In this document: positions 1-8,198 of the stretch, one piece after another | Layout: each line of letters opens with the position of its first letter | Position numbering within the stretch: position 1 is the first letter of the stretch | Source of the DNA: Hyphomicrobiales bacterium | GTDB lineage: Bacteria > Pseudomonadota > Alphaproteobacteria > Rhizobiales > Aestuariivirgaceae | Direction: 5' to 3' | DNA length: 64,000 nucleotides | NCBI GenBank assembly: GCA_016185245.1 | Contig: JACPNZ010000050.1 | Span: forward strand, 56,733 to 120,732 | Notes under the pieces: model-generated | Databases searched by the model: none | The model's input: the letters and a program-made list of their open reading frames with translations, nothing else | Told to the model about the DNA's origin: nothing | Program-made: the position numbers and the translations under genes

Positions 1-64
1 CATTTGCACAATTCCAATCGCCTGGCGATCCGGCTAGAGTTTCGCCGATCTCGCGGAGCAGGGA

Positions 65-1051
65 ATGGCCAGGCCGCCACGCATCGACAATCTGCAGTAC
101 TGCAACTGGTCGGAGAAGATTTTCCGGCAGATGCGCCAGGGCGGACTCGATGCCGTCCACGCCACCATCGCCTACCACGAGAGCTTCCGCGAGATGGTAC
201 TGAATATCGAACGCTGGAACCGCTGGTTCGAGCGTTTCCCCGAGTCGATCTTTCCGGGACGCATGGCCGACGACGTGCGAGCTGCGCGAGCGACCGGCCG
301 CACCGCCATCTTCTTCGGCCTGCAAACGCCATCCTGCATCGAGGACGACATCGGGCTCGTTGAAATCCTGCATACGCTCGGAGTGCGCTTCATGCAGCTG
401 ACCTACAACAACCAGTCGCTGCTGGCGACCGGCTGCTATGAGAACGAGGATGCCGGCATCACCCGCATGGGTAAGCAGGCGATCAGCGAAATGAACCGGG
501 TGGGACTGGTGATCGACATGTCGCACTCGGCCGAGCGCTCGACCCTGGAGGCGATCGAACTGTCGGCGAGGCCCATCGCCATCACTCACGCCAATCCCGC
601 CTCATGGGCGCCGGCCCGGCGCAACAAGTCGGATGCGGCGCTCAAGGCGCTGGCCGGCCGCGGCGGCATGCTGGGCTTCTCGCTCTATCCCCATCACCTG
701 AAAGATGGATCGGCCTGCACTTTGGAAAGCTTCTGCGCCATGGTGGCGCGAACCGCCGAGCTGATCGGCGATGCTCACATCGGCATCGGCTCGGACCTGT
801 GCCAGGACCAGCCCGACAGCGTCGTCGAATGGATGCGCATGGGGCGCTGGTCGAAGGAGACCGACTATGGCGAAGGCTCGAAGCACCAGGCCGGGTTTCC
901 CGAGCCGCCCTCCTGGTTCCGCGACAATCGCGACTTCGGCAATATCGAGGAGGGCTTGCGCCAGGTTGGTTTTGATGCGGCAGGGGTGGCCCGCATCATG
1001 GGCGGCAACTGGCTCTCCTTCTATGAAAAGAGTTTTGGCCGGTTGACCTGA
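65..1051 (+). CDS. Peptidase M19 (renal/membrane dipeptidase) fold protein with non-canonical metal site
   Basis: 328-aa ORF. It is colinear with the M19 pattern (VIDMSHS, IAITHANP, RRNKSD, IGIGSDL, GGNWLSFYE). The N-terminal IDGHND motif reads IDNLQY and the bridging Glu position is Gln. Confidence 0.85.
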   Translation: MARPPRIDNLQYCNWSEKIFRQMRQGGLDAVHATIAYHESFREMVLNIERWNRWFERFPESIFPGRMADDVRAARATGRTAIFFGLQTPSCIEDDIGLVEILHTLGVRFMQLTYNNQSLLATGCYENEDAGITRMGKQAISEMNRVGLVIDMSHSAERSTLEAIELSARPIAITHANPASWAPARRNKSDAALKALAGRGGMLGFSLYPHHLKDGSACTLESFCAMVARTAELIGDAHIGIGSDLCQDQPDSVVEWMRMGRWSKETDYGEGSKHQAGFPEPPSWFRDNRDFGNIEEGLRQVGFDAAGVARIMGGNWLSFYEKSFGRLT

Positions 1052-2718
1052 TGACGGAAGCCCTGCGCCCGCCCGAGGAGGTGATGCGCCTTGCGGTCAT
1101 GGGCAGCGCCCATCGCCACCGGCTGTCCTTCATGCGCCTGCTGTTGCGCTGCATGAAGCGGGAAGCCTGGCGTTTTCATCGCGCCGTGTGGAACCTCGAT
1201 GACGATGGTTACGGCCATGCCGTCTATGTGGCCGAGGGGCCGCTGCGAAGCTACAGCCTCGTCGCCTTCTCGCACTACCTGGCGCCGGAAAATCGCACCG
1301 ACCGGGTGATCGCCACCGCTTGGGATACGAGTTTCGCCCTGTTTGATGGTGTTCCCGATCGAGCCGACATCGCCCGGCTGGCGGAAAACGTCCCGAAACA
1401 GGAGGCAGGCCGCGTCACGGCGCGTGAACTCAGCGTGTCGCGGGCCAACCGTTCGGTCAGGCTGTTCGACCATGTGGTCGAAAGCCTCGCCGCCGGCCGT
1501 CAGCCGGATAGAACTCTGGTCGAGGAGGTGGGCTATCTGATGCGCACCACCGCCGTCTATGGTTCGGGCAAGCTGGGGGCGGCCGACTACGAGGCGAACC
1601 GCGACCGGCCGGAGTTTACCGCCCCCTATCAGGCGGAAATGCTATCGGTGTATTTGACCCGCGACTTCACCGTCGATCTTGCCGAGCACATGGCACGGCG
1701 TCGCGCTCCCGCGAGGGCCGTGGGGCTCGAGCCAACCTTGCGCCGCCGCCTTGGCATCGGCAACGCCACCGGCCTTGGCATGGCGCCCTATCTGATCAAT
1801 CACCCGGTGGTGCTCAATCAATGGGTGATGGCGCGGGAGACGGCCCTGGCCCGGGTGCGGGCGCTTGTAGCGGCATCGCCAGTCGACCATGCGGGCTTCA
1901 TGACGCTGGTGCAGCGGGCCCGGCTCGGTGTGGCGTCATGGCACACGGATGACGCGATCCAGACGGGGCGCATCGCCGAACTGGCGGGCGATCTCGAAAG
2001 ACTGGAATCTCGCCTTGCCGACGGGGGCTTCGATGGCCGGCGGCCGTGGGACCGGCTTTATCGCTGGGCCGATGCGGAACTGTCGCTGGAAGCCCGCGAG
2101 CTCGTCGTCTCGCTGTTGCTCGAGCCCCATGGCGATCTGGTCGACGATCTGGAAAGCCTCTATGTGGCCGATGAGTTCGCCACCTTTGCCATCGACGGCG
2201 CCATGACTGTGGCGGAGGCAATCGCGGCCATCGAGCGGGATTATGGCTGGGCCCTGGCGCTCGACTTTTCCCCGCGCCGGGCGACGGCGCGCTTCTGGTA
2301 CACTTCCGTCGAGAAGCTCGAGCCGCGGCTTGGCGAACGCTGGGAGGAAGCGGGCGGCGATCTCGAGCTCCCACTGGCCGTCGGGCGCGACATACAAGCC
2401 TGCCGGCGCGACTTGAAGGCCTTCGATGCGGCGGCACCCCTGGCGGTGTTCCTGCTGGCCCACCCTGAGCATCGCCATGTCGTCCGCCGCTCCCAGATGC
2501 GGGCCCGTCACCCCTATGCCGAAATCTGCGACAACGTCATCGGCGCCGCCATGCGGCCCATCGACTTCCTGCGCTTCAAGCTCGCCTTCTTCGGCGCGGC
2601 GCGTTTCGATCCCCGCTCCGACCGCTGGACCCGCATCACCATGTACCAGGATGCGCCTTTCGCCATGGAGCTCGATGGTCAGCCGGCCGACGACTGGTTC
2701 CTGCCGCAGGTGAAATGA
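1051..2718 (+). CDS. Hypothetical protein (555 aa), family not recognised
   Basis: Long ORF with coding-like composition. Its ATG shares 1 nt with the upstream stop (TGATG) and its stop overlaps the next start (ATGA). Confidence 0.7.
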   Translation: MTEALRPPEEVMRLAVMGSAHRHRLSFMRLLLRCMKREAWRFHRAVWNLDDDGYGHAVYVAEGPLRSYSLVAFSHYLAPENRTDRVIATAWDTSFALFDGVPDRADIARLAENVPKQEAGRVTARELSVSRANRSVRLFDHVVESLAAGRQPDRTLVEEVGYLMRTTAVYGSGKLGAADYEANRDRPEFTAPYQAEMLSVYLTRDFTVDLAEHMARRRAPARAVGLEPTLRRRLGIGNATGLGMAPYLINHPVVLNQWVMARETALARVRALVAASPVDHAGFMTLVQRARLGVASWHTDDAIQTGRIAELAGDLERLESRLADGGFDGRRPWDRLYRWADAELSLEARELVVSLLLEPHGDLVDDLESLYVADEFATFAIDGAMTVAEAIAAIERDYGWALALDFSPRRATARFWYTSVEKLEPRLGERWEEAGGDLELPLAVGRDIQACRRDLKAFDAAAPLAVFLLAHPEHRHVVRRSQMRARHPYAEICDNVIGAAMRPIDFLRFKLAFFGAARFDPRSDRWTRITMYQDAPFAMELDGQPADDWFLPQVK

Positions 2719-3368
2719 TGCTCGCTTCGCTGAACGAGATCGATGCCACGGCCAGGAAGGCGGCGCGTGGCGCGGGGCTGCCTTGGGGGTTGGCCGAGGA
2801 GGCCGGTAAGGCCGTGCGCTGTCTCGAAGCGCGGCGTCTGCCGGGCCTGGCGCCGTTGCTGACGCTATTGCGCGCAACCGACGGCCGGAACCGGCAGTCG
2901 CTGGCGCCGGCGCGGCGCAATGGCACGTGGCATTCGCCCCACGGCATGCTTTGCCCGGTAGTCTCTGGCGCGGCGATGAGCGACATGCTGGGGCTGATGC
3001 ACTACGGGCAGGAGATACGGCTTCAGAATGTTCTGTCGCCGGTGCTGGTTCTCGGCGTGCTGGTCGCCGGAGCGAGGAGAAAGCCCATTGTTATCGCCTG
3101 GACCGGTCTGCGGGCCGGTATCGGCCCGGCTGGCATTGCGGTGGAAGAAGAGACCGGCCTCGCTGCTGCGGCCGCGGCCGCGGACGTGACGCTGCACTTT
3201 GGTCAGGCCTCCGACGGCAAATTCCTGCGCCGCGAAATCGTTGGCGGCGTACCGGTCGATGAACGGGTCTGGGCGGCGCTTCAGTCCTTTGTCATCCGTA
3301 CCTATGTGCCGGCCTCGCAGGAATCGCGTCGGCGGGGTGCGGGGGCCGGCCTTCTCGACAATGATTGA
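2715..3368 (+). CDS. Hypothetical protein (217 aa); N-terminus resembles the DUF3726 family (from memory, unverified)
   Basis: ATGA overlap with the upstream gene. The N-terminal SLNEIDATARKAARGAGLPWGLAEEAGKA block resembles DUF3726 proteins. Confidence 0.65.
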   Translation: MMLASLNEIDATARKAARGAGLPWGLAEEAGKAVRCLEARRLPGLAPLLTLLRATDGRNRQSLAPARRNGTWHSPHGMLCPVVSGAAMSDMLGLMHYGQEIRLQNVLSPVLVLGVLVAGARRKPIVIAWTGLRAGIGPAGIAVEEETGLAAAAAAADVTLHFGQASDGKFLRREIVGGVPVDERVWAALQSFVIRTYVPASQESRRRGAGAGLLDND

Positions 3369-5330
3369 TCAGCCGGCGGCGATCCGGGCCACGGCATAGG
3401 GTGCCAGATCGAGGCTCCCCACCTTGCGGATCGCGTTGCCGCTGCCCGCAAGCCAGGCCGGGTTTCGTGCCGCTGCCTCGAAGCTCTTCTCATCGAGAAG
3501 ATGCAGTTGGGCTGGGCCGTCGAATCCGCTGACCCTGACCCGCTGCGTATCGCCCGTGAGATTGGCCAGCCACAACACCGCTCCCGCCTTGCCGCGATAG
3601 GCCAGGCTTGCGACCTTCGATGGCGCCGTCGCTGCCGTATCGATCCGCCGGGCGCCGCTGGCGGGGGCGAGGCCGGCAAGCGTGTGATAGGCGGGATAGA
3701 CCTTGCCCGCGCCGCCGTCGAACCACGGCTGGGCATAGTCGGTCTTGCGGTAGATCATGCCCTGCGGGCCGGTGACCGCGCCCAGCGCCACGGCATCGAG
3801 ACCGGCGGCGGAAGCGGCGGCTAGGTAGCCGACATTCCAGGCCGCCGCATAGAGGCCGCGCTGGCGTGGGTCCATGTCGGAAAGACAGACGCGGCCGTTG
3901 CCGGGATTGACTGCGACCGCCGCGCCATAGGGGTTGTCGCGGCATGGGATTCCGGTCGGGCCGATGTGATAGGGCGACTTAGCCGTCATGGCGCGGGTCG
4001 AGGCGAAGATCCAGGGCAGCGACTCGAGCGTCTCCATCACCGAGATGTCGTCGGCGGCGTGGACAATGGGACAGCCCGTGTGGGTGATGAAGTCGAACAG
4101 GCCTCGGGGCGGCGGCTTGCGATTGAGCTCGGTGAAATAGGACAGCATACCGCCACCGATCAAAATACCGGGGAAGGAGGCCCGCGCCGCCGCCGCCATT
4201 TCCTCATAGCTCGGCCCCCACGGCCGTGGCGTGTTGGGCTGGAAGGACTTGAGATCGTGCATCTGGGTGACGACGACGGAGGATGGCTTGACGCCGGCCT
4301 CGTGAACCGCCCTGGCGATTGCCTCGACTTCGGCCGTGGCCGGCTCCCTGGCCGGCAGCACGATCTCCAGCTTGACCGGACTGCCGCTGCGCTTCGACAG
4401 TTCGTGGAATGCGATGGCGGCTTCCTTCTGTCCCTTCTCGCGGCCATCGATCTGGCAGACGAGATGGGCCGGCTTCGCGGCGGCAATGAGATCGGCGGCG
4501 GCAAGTGCAGCACCGGCTTCCGCCATCGGCACGCTGACGCCAATCGAGGGCACACGATTTTTCACTCCGCCCAGTGTCACTTCAACGCCGCCTGATCGTT
4601 TCGTGGCGGTCTTCGCCGGCTTGCCGGTAACGGCGAGCGTCACCGACTGGCTGAAGACCGTGCCCTTGGCCAGCGTATAGGGCCAGGGATCGAGCAGCGA
4701 GCAGACGTAGGTCTTGTAGGAGGCATCCATCCAGTTGCGATGATCCTCCATCTCGAACTTGTTGCCTTCCATCAGCACCGTCACAGAGACGCCGGGAAGG
4801 GGCTCGTGCTTCAGCGAGCGGATTTCGAAGATCGGCTGGCCGGGGCTGATGAATTTCGGGAATTTGCGCCGTGCGCGTTTGCCGTCGGTGTGCACGACCT
4901 CGACCGGCCGTCCCACCGTGCCGTCGAGCGGATGCAGAACGACGAAGCCGGTGCGGTTGGTGAGAAAGTCGGAGAGTGGCGTTGCCTCGGCGGAGAATTT
5001 GAGGGTGCCATCGGCCGAAGCCTCGATCGCGGCGCGATAGCGGATCGCCTGGTCCTTGTCCTTGCAGGTTGCATCATAGCCGATGGTGAAGCCGCTCTTG
5101 CCCTGGCGGACCTTCAGGTTCTCGATGGCCGGCGCATAGGTGCCCCAGTTCCTGTCGCGCACCAGATAGGCGATGCCGCGTAACACTTCCCTGCCGTGGT
5201 AGCGGATGTAGCGCAATGCGCCGCTGTCGAAGACCGCCGAGAGAGGCCCCGCGACCAGCTCGCGGCGCTTGCCGTCGGGAACCTCGGTGCCGAAGAGCTT
5301 GACGGCGCGGCTCGGCTTCTTCTGGGTCAT
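3369..5330 (-). CDS. Uncharacterised 653-aa protein, distal gene of a sugar/sugar-acid ABC operon
   Basis: Long ORF 10 nt downstream of the ABC ATPase gene on the same strand, with a GGGAA-type SD. I recognised no known motif. Confidence 0.75.
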   Translation of the reverse strand: MTQKKPSRAVKLFGTEVPDGKRRELVAGPLSAVFDSGALRYIRYHGREVLRGIAYLVRDRNWGTYAPAIENLKVRQGKSGFTIGYDATCKDKDQAIRYRAAIEASADGTLKFSAEATPLSDFLTNRTGFVVLHPLDGTVGRPVEVVHTDGKRARRKFPKFISPGQPIFEIRSLKHEPLPGVSVTVLMEGNKFEMEDHRNWMDASYKTYVCSLLDPWPYTLAKGTVFSQSVTLAVTGKPAKTATKRSGGVEVTLGGVKNRVPSIGVSVPMAEAGAALAAADLIAAAKPAHLVCQIDGREKGQKEAAIAFHELSKRSGSPVKLEIVLPAREPATAEVEAIARAVHEAGVKPSSVVVTQMHDLKSFQPNTPRPWGPSYEEMAAAARASFPGILIGGGMLSYFTELNRKPPPRGLFDFITHTGCPIVHAADDISVMETLESLPWIFASTRAMTAKSPYHIGPTGIPCRDNPYGAAVAVNPGNGRVCLSDMDPRQRGLYAAAWNVGYLAAASAAGLDAVALGAVTGPQGMIYRKTDYAQPWFDGGAGKVYPAYHTLAGLAPASGARRIDTAATAPSKVASLAYRGKAGAVLWLANLTGDTQRVRVSGFDGPAQLHLLDEKSFEAAARNPAWLAGSGNAIRKVGSLDLAPYAVARIAAG

Positions 5331-5340
5331 GGTGGTTCCC

Positions 5341-6414
5341 TCAGATGACGGTTTCGCTTTGCGGATCGATCAGGATGGCGCGGTTCATGTCGATGTCGAT
5401 GGTGGTCCGCTCGCCGGGTGCGGTAACATCGTGGGCGGCGAATTCGGCGATGATGCTGGTGCCGCCGAGCGGCATGTTGACATGGACCCGCGAGCCGGTG
5501 GGCTGCACCAGTTCGATCACTACGGCCACGCGGACATGGCCGGGCAAGGCGCCGGCGCCGGCCATGGCGATGTGCTGCGGCCTGATGCCGAGGATGACCG
5601 CCTGGCCCTCGCGCACCTTGCGCCCCGGCGGCAAGGGCAGCCTCGTTCCATCGCTTAAGACGACGGCACCTTCCGTTACCGTGGCGGCGAGGAAATTCAT
5701 CTTCGGGCTACCGAGGAAGCCGGCGACGAAACGGGTGGCCGGCCGCTCGAAAAGATCGAGCGGCGCGCCGAGCTGCTCCACCTGCCCGTCGCGCAGGAGC
5801 ACGATGCGGTCGGCAAGGGTCATCGCCTCGATCTGGTCGTGGGTCACATAGATCATGGTGCGGCCAAGTTCCTGGTGCAGGCGCTTGATCTCGACCCGCA
5901 TGTCGTCGCGGAGCTGGGCGTCGAGATTGCTCAGGGGCTCGTCGAATAGGAACAAGAGGGCATCGCGCACGATCGCCCGGCCGATGGCGACCCGCTGGCG
6001 CTGGCCGCCGGAAAGCTCACGCGGCAGGCGTTGCAGCAGGGGAGCGATACCCAGCATGTCGGCGGCGCGCTTCACCCGCTTGTCGATCGCGCCGGCCGCG
6101 ACCTTGCGCGCCCTGAGGCCGAAGGCGATGTTCTCGTAGACGCTGAGGTAGGGATAGAGCGCGTAGTTCTGGAACACCATGGCGATGTCGCGGTCCCGTG
6201 GCCTCGCCCAGGTCACGTCCTTGCCGCCGATCTCGACCCGGCCCGCACTTGCCTCCTCGAGCCCGGCGATGGTGCGCAGAAGGGTCGACTTGCCGCAGCC
6301 CGAGGGGCCGACCAGCACGGTGAACTCGCCCGACGGCACCTCGAGGTCGATGCCCTTGACCGCATGGAACGAACCATAGTGCTTGTGAAGTCCGCTGATC
6401 TTCAAATCCGACAT
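5341..6414 (-). CDS. CUT1-type ABC transporter ATP-binding protein (MalK/UgpC-like)
   Basis: Walker A GPSGCGKST, Q-loop MVFQNYALYP, signature LSGGQRQRVA, Walker B FLFDEP, H-loop YVTHDQIEA, plus a C-terminal MalK-type regulatory domain. Confidence 0.95.
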   Translation of the reverse strand: MSDLKISGLHKHYGSFHAVKGIDLEVPSGEFTVLVGPSGCGKSTLLRTIAGLEEASAGRVEIGGKDVTWARPRDRDIAMVFQNYALYPYLSVYENIAFGLRARKVAAGAIDKRVKRAADMLGIAPLLQRLPRELSGGQRQRVAIGRAIVRDALLFLFDEPLSNLDAQLRDDMRVEIKRLHQELGRTMIYVTHDQIEAMTLADRIVLLRDGQVEQLGAPLDLFERPATRFVAGFLGSPKMNFLAATVTEGAVVLSDGTRLPLPPGRKVREGQAVILGIRPQHIAMAGAGALPGHVRVAVVIELVQPTGSRVHVNMPLGGTSIIAEFAAHDVTAPGERTTIDIDMNRAILIDPQSETVI

Positions 6415-6417
6415 GCG

Positions 6418-7257
6418 CTAACCCTTGACTGCCCCCATGGAGATGCCGCGCACCAGATAGCGCTGCATGGTGGCGACGGCGACGAAAACGGGAATGGTCC
6501 CGAGCACCGACATGGCGGCGATCTTGGCCCAGAAATTGGATTGACCGCCGAAATAGTGGGTGACCTGCACCGTATAGGTGGTGACCTCGGTGCGGGTCAG
6601 CACCAGGGCGAAGAGAAAATCGTTCCAGGCGAAGACGAAGGTGAAGACCGCGGTGGCGAACAGCCCCGAGCGTGCCATCGGCAGGACCACCTTCCACAGC
6701 ACTGCCCAACGGGTGCAGCCGTCGACCAGGGCGCTTTCCTCGAGCTCGAGCGGAATGTCCTCGATATAGCCGCGCATCATCCAGATGACATAGGGCAGGC
6801 TGAAAGCCGTGTAGAGAATGATGAGGCCCACATAGGTATCGACCCAGCCCAGCCAGACGTAGAACAGGAACACCGGGAAGACGATGGCGACCGGCGGCAT
6901 CATGCGCTGCGAGATGATCCACACCGCGAGATTTTCGCCGCCGGTCTTGAAACGCGCCAGCGAATAGGCGGCAACGGTTCCGAAAATCATGGCGAAAAAG
7001 GTCGAGACCGTGGCAAGGATCAGGCTGTTGCCGACGGTTGCCGCATCGCCGTCCTTGAACAGCACCCGGTAGTTGTTGAACTGGATCGCCCTCGGATACC
7101 ACACCGGCGGAAAGGCGAAGATTTCGTCCGGCGTCTTGAACGACATGGTGAACAGCCAATAGATCGGAAAGACGAAGACCAGCACCAGCGCAACGGCCAC
7201 GACATAGCGCAGCGCCAGGCGCACATCGTGGCGGCGATGGAAGGGCAGCCCGCTCAT
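6418..7257 (-). CDS. ABC transporter permease (MalG/UgpE-like)
   Basis: 279-aa polytopic membrane protein with an EAA-type loop (LEESALVDGCTRW). ATGA overlap with the upstream permease gene. Confidence 0.9.
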   Translation of the reverse strand: MSGLPFHRRHDVRLALRYVVAVALVLVFVFPIYWLFTMSFKTPDEIFAFPPVWYPRAIQFNNYRVLFKDGDAATVGNSLILATVSTFFAMIFGTVAAYSLARFKTGGENLAVWIISQRMMPPVAIVFPVFLFYVWLGWVDTYVGLIILYTAFSLPYVIWMMRGYIEDIPLELEESALVDGCTRWAVLWKVVLPMARSGLFATAVFTFVFAWNDFLFALVLTRTEVTTYTVQVTHYFGGQSNFWAKIAAMSVLGTIPVFVAVATMQRYLVRGISMGAVKG

Positions 7258-8144
7258 TTGGCCAGCCCCATGCGCCGGATGGCCCAGGTGACGATCACCG
7301 TGAGCAGCACGATCACCAGAAAGGCGATTGCCGCCGTATAGCTGGTTTCGAATTGCCGGAAGCCTTGTACAAAGGTGTAAATCGAAATGGTCTCGGTCAT
7401 GGTGCCGGGGCCGCCCTCGGTCAGCGCCCAGATGATGTCGAAGATGCGGAACAGGTCAAGCCCGCGGATCAGGATGGCAATCGCCATCACCGGCCAGATG
7501 GCGGGCAGCACGATGAAGCGGAAACTCCGCCAGAAGCGGGCCCCGTCGATTTCGGCGGCCTCGGTCAGCGAGCGGTCGACATTGGAAAGGGCCGCCAGCA
7601 GGATCAGGAACATGAACGGCGTCCACTGCCAGATCTCGCAGAAGACGATGGCCGGATAGACGAGATTTGGATTGACCGTCCACAGGGCCGGCACCGGATG
7701 GCCGGCGAACCAGCCGAGAATCTGGTTGATCGGGCCGTAGCGGTTGTCGAAGAGAAGCCGCCAGGTGGCCCCCGCGACGATCGGCGAAATGATGGTGGGC
7801 AGCACCAGGAGCGACACGAACAGCTGACGGCCCGGCATCTTGTCGAGGAACAGATAGGCCATGGCCAGCCCAAGGACGAGCTCCACCGGCAGCGCGATGG
7901 CGATGATGAGGGCGGTGTGGAAGAGCGATCCCCACAGCCTGCTGTCCTTGAACAGTTGCGTGAAATTGACCAGGCCGGCGAATGAGGTGTCGGTCTCCAG
8001 CATGGTAATACGCATGAAGCTGACCACCAGAGAGAAGGCGAGCGGAAACAGCCCGATCAGCAACAGCAGGAAAATCGCCGGGCTCACCAGCCAGTACTTG
8101 AAGTTGCGGTCGGGATGGGCTGTGGCGGTCATTGCGTCAATCAA
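7254..8144 (-). CDS. ABC transporter permease (MalF/UgpA-like)
   Basis: 296-aa polytopic membrane protein with an EAA loop (LTEAAEIDGARFW). Confidence 0.9.
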   Translation of the reverse strand: MIDAMTATAHPDRNFKYWLVSPAIFLLLLIGLFPLAFSLVVSFMRITMLETDTSFAGLVNFTQLFKDSRLWGSLFHTALIIAIALPVELVLGLAMAYLFLDKMPGRQLFVSLLVLPTIISPIVAGATWRLLFDNRYGPINQILGWFAGHPVPALWTVNPNLVYPAIVFCEIWQWTPFMFLILLAALSNVDRSLTEAAEIDGARFWRSFRFIVLPAIWPVMAIAILIRGLDLFRIFDIIWALTEGGPGTMTETISIYTFVQGFRQFETSYTAAIAFLVIVLLTVIVTWAIRRMGLAK

Positions 8145-8155
8145 GTGTCGAAAAT

Positions 8156-8182
8156 GCCTTGCCCGGTATCACCGGGCAAGGC
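8156..8182 (-). terminator. Intercistronic stem-loop downstream of the binding-protein gene (attenuator/mRNA stabiliser)
   Basis: Perfect 11-bp inverted repeat GCCTTGCCCGG / CCGGGCAAGGC with a 5-nt loop. On the transcribed strand it is followed by CATTTTCG. Confidence 0.5.
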
Positions 8183-8198
8183 GTCCGATAGGTTACGT

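Noticed and set aside
1-64. CAT at positions 1-3 as the possible start codon of a divergent minus-strand gene upstream of the window
   Set aside because: It cannot be evaluated because the gene body would lie outside the window.
6017-7341. 436-aa (+) and 380-aa (-) ORFs overlapping the ABC ATPase and permease genes
   Set aside because: These are alternative-frame or antisense ORFs across genes with canonical ABC motifs. The translations are Arg/Gly/His-rich and not membrane-like.
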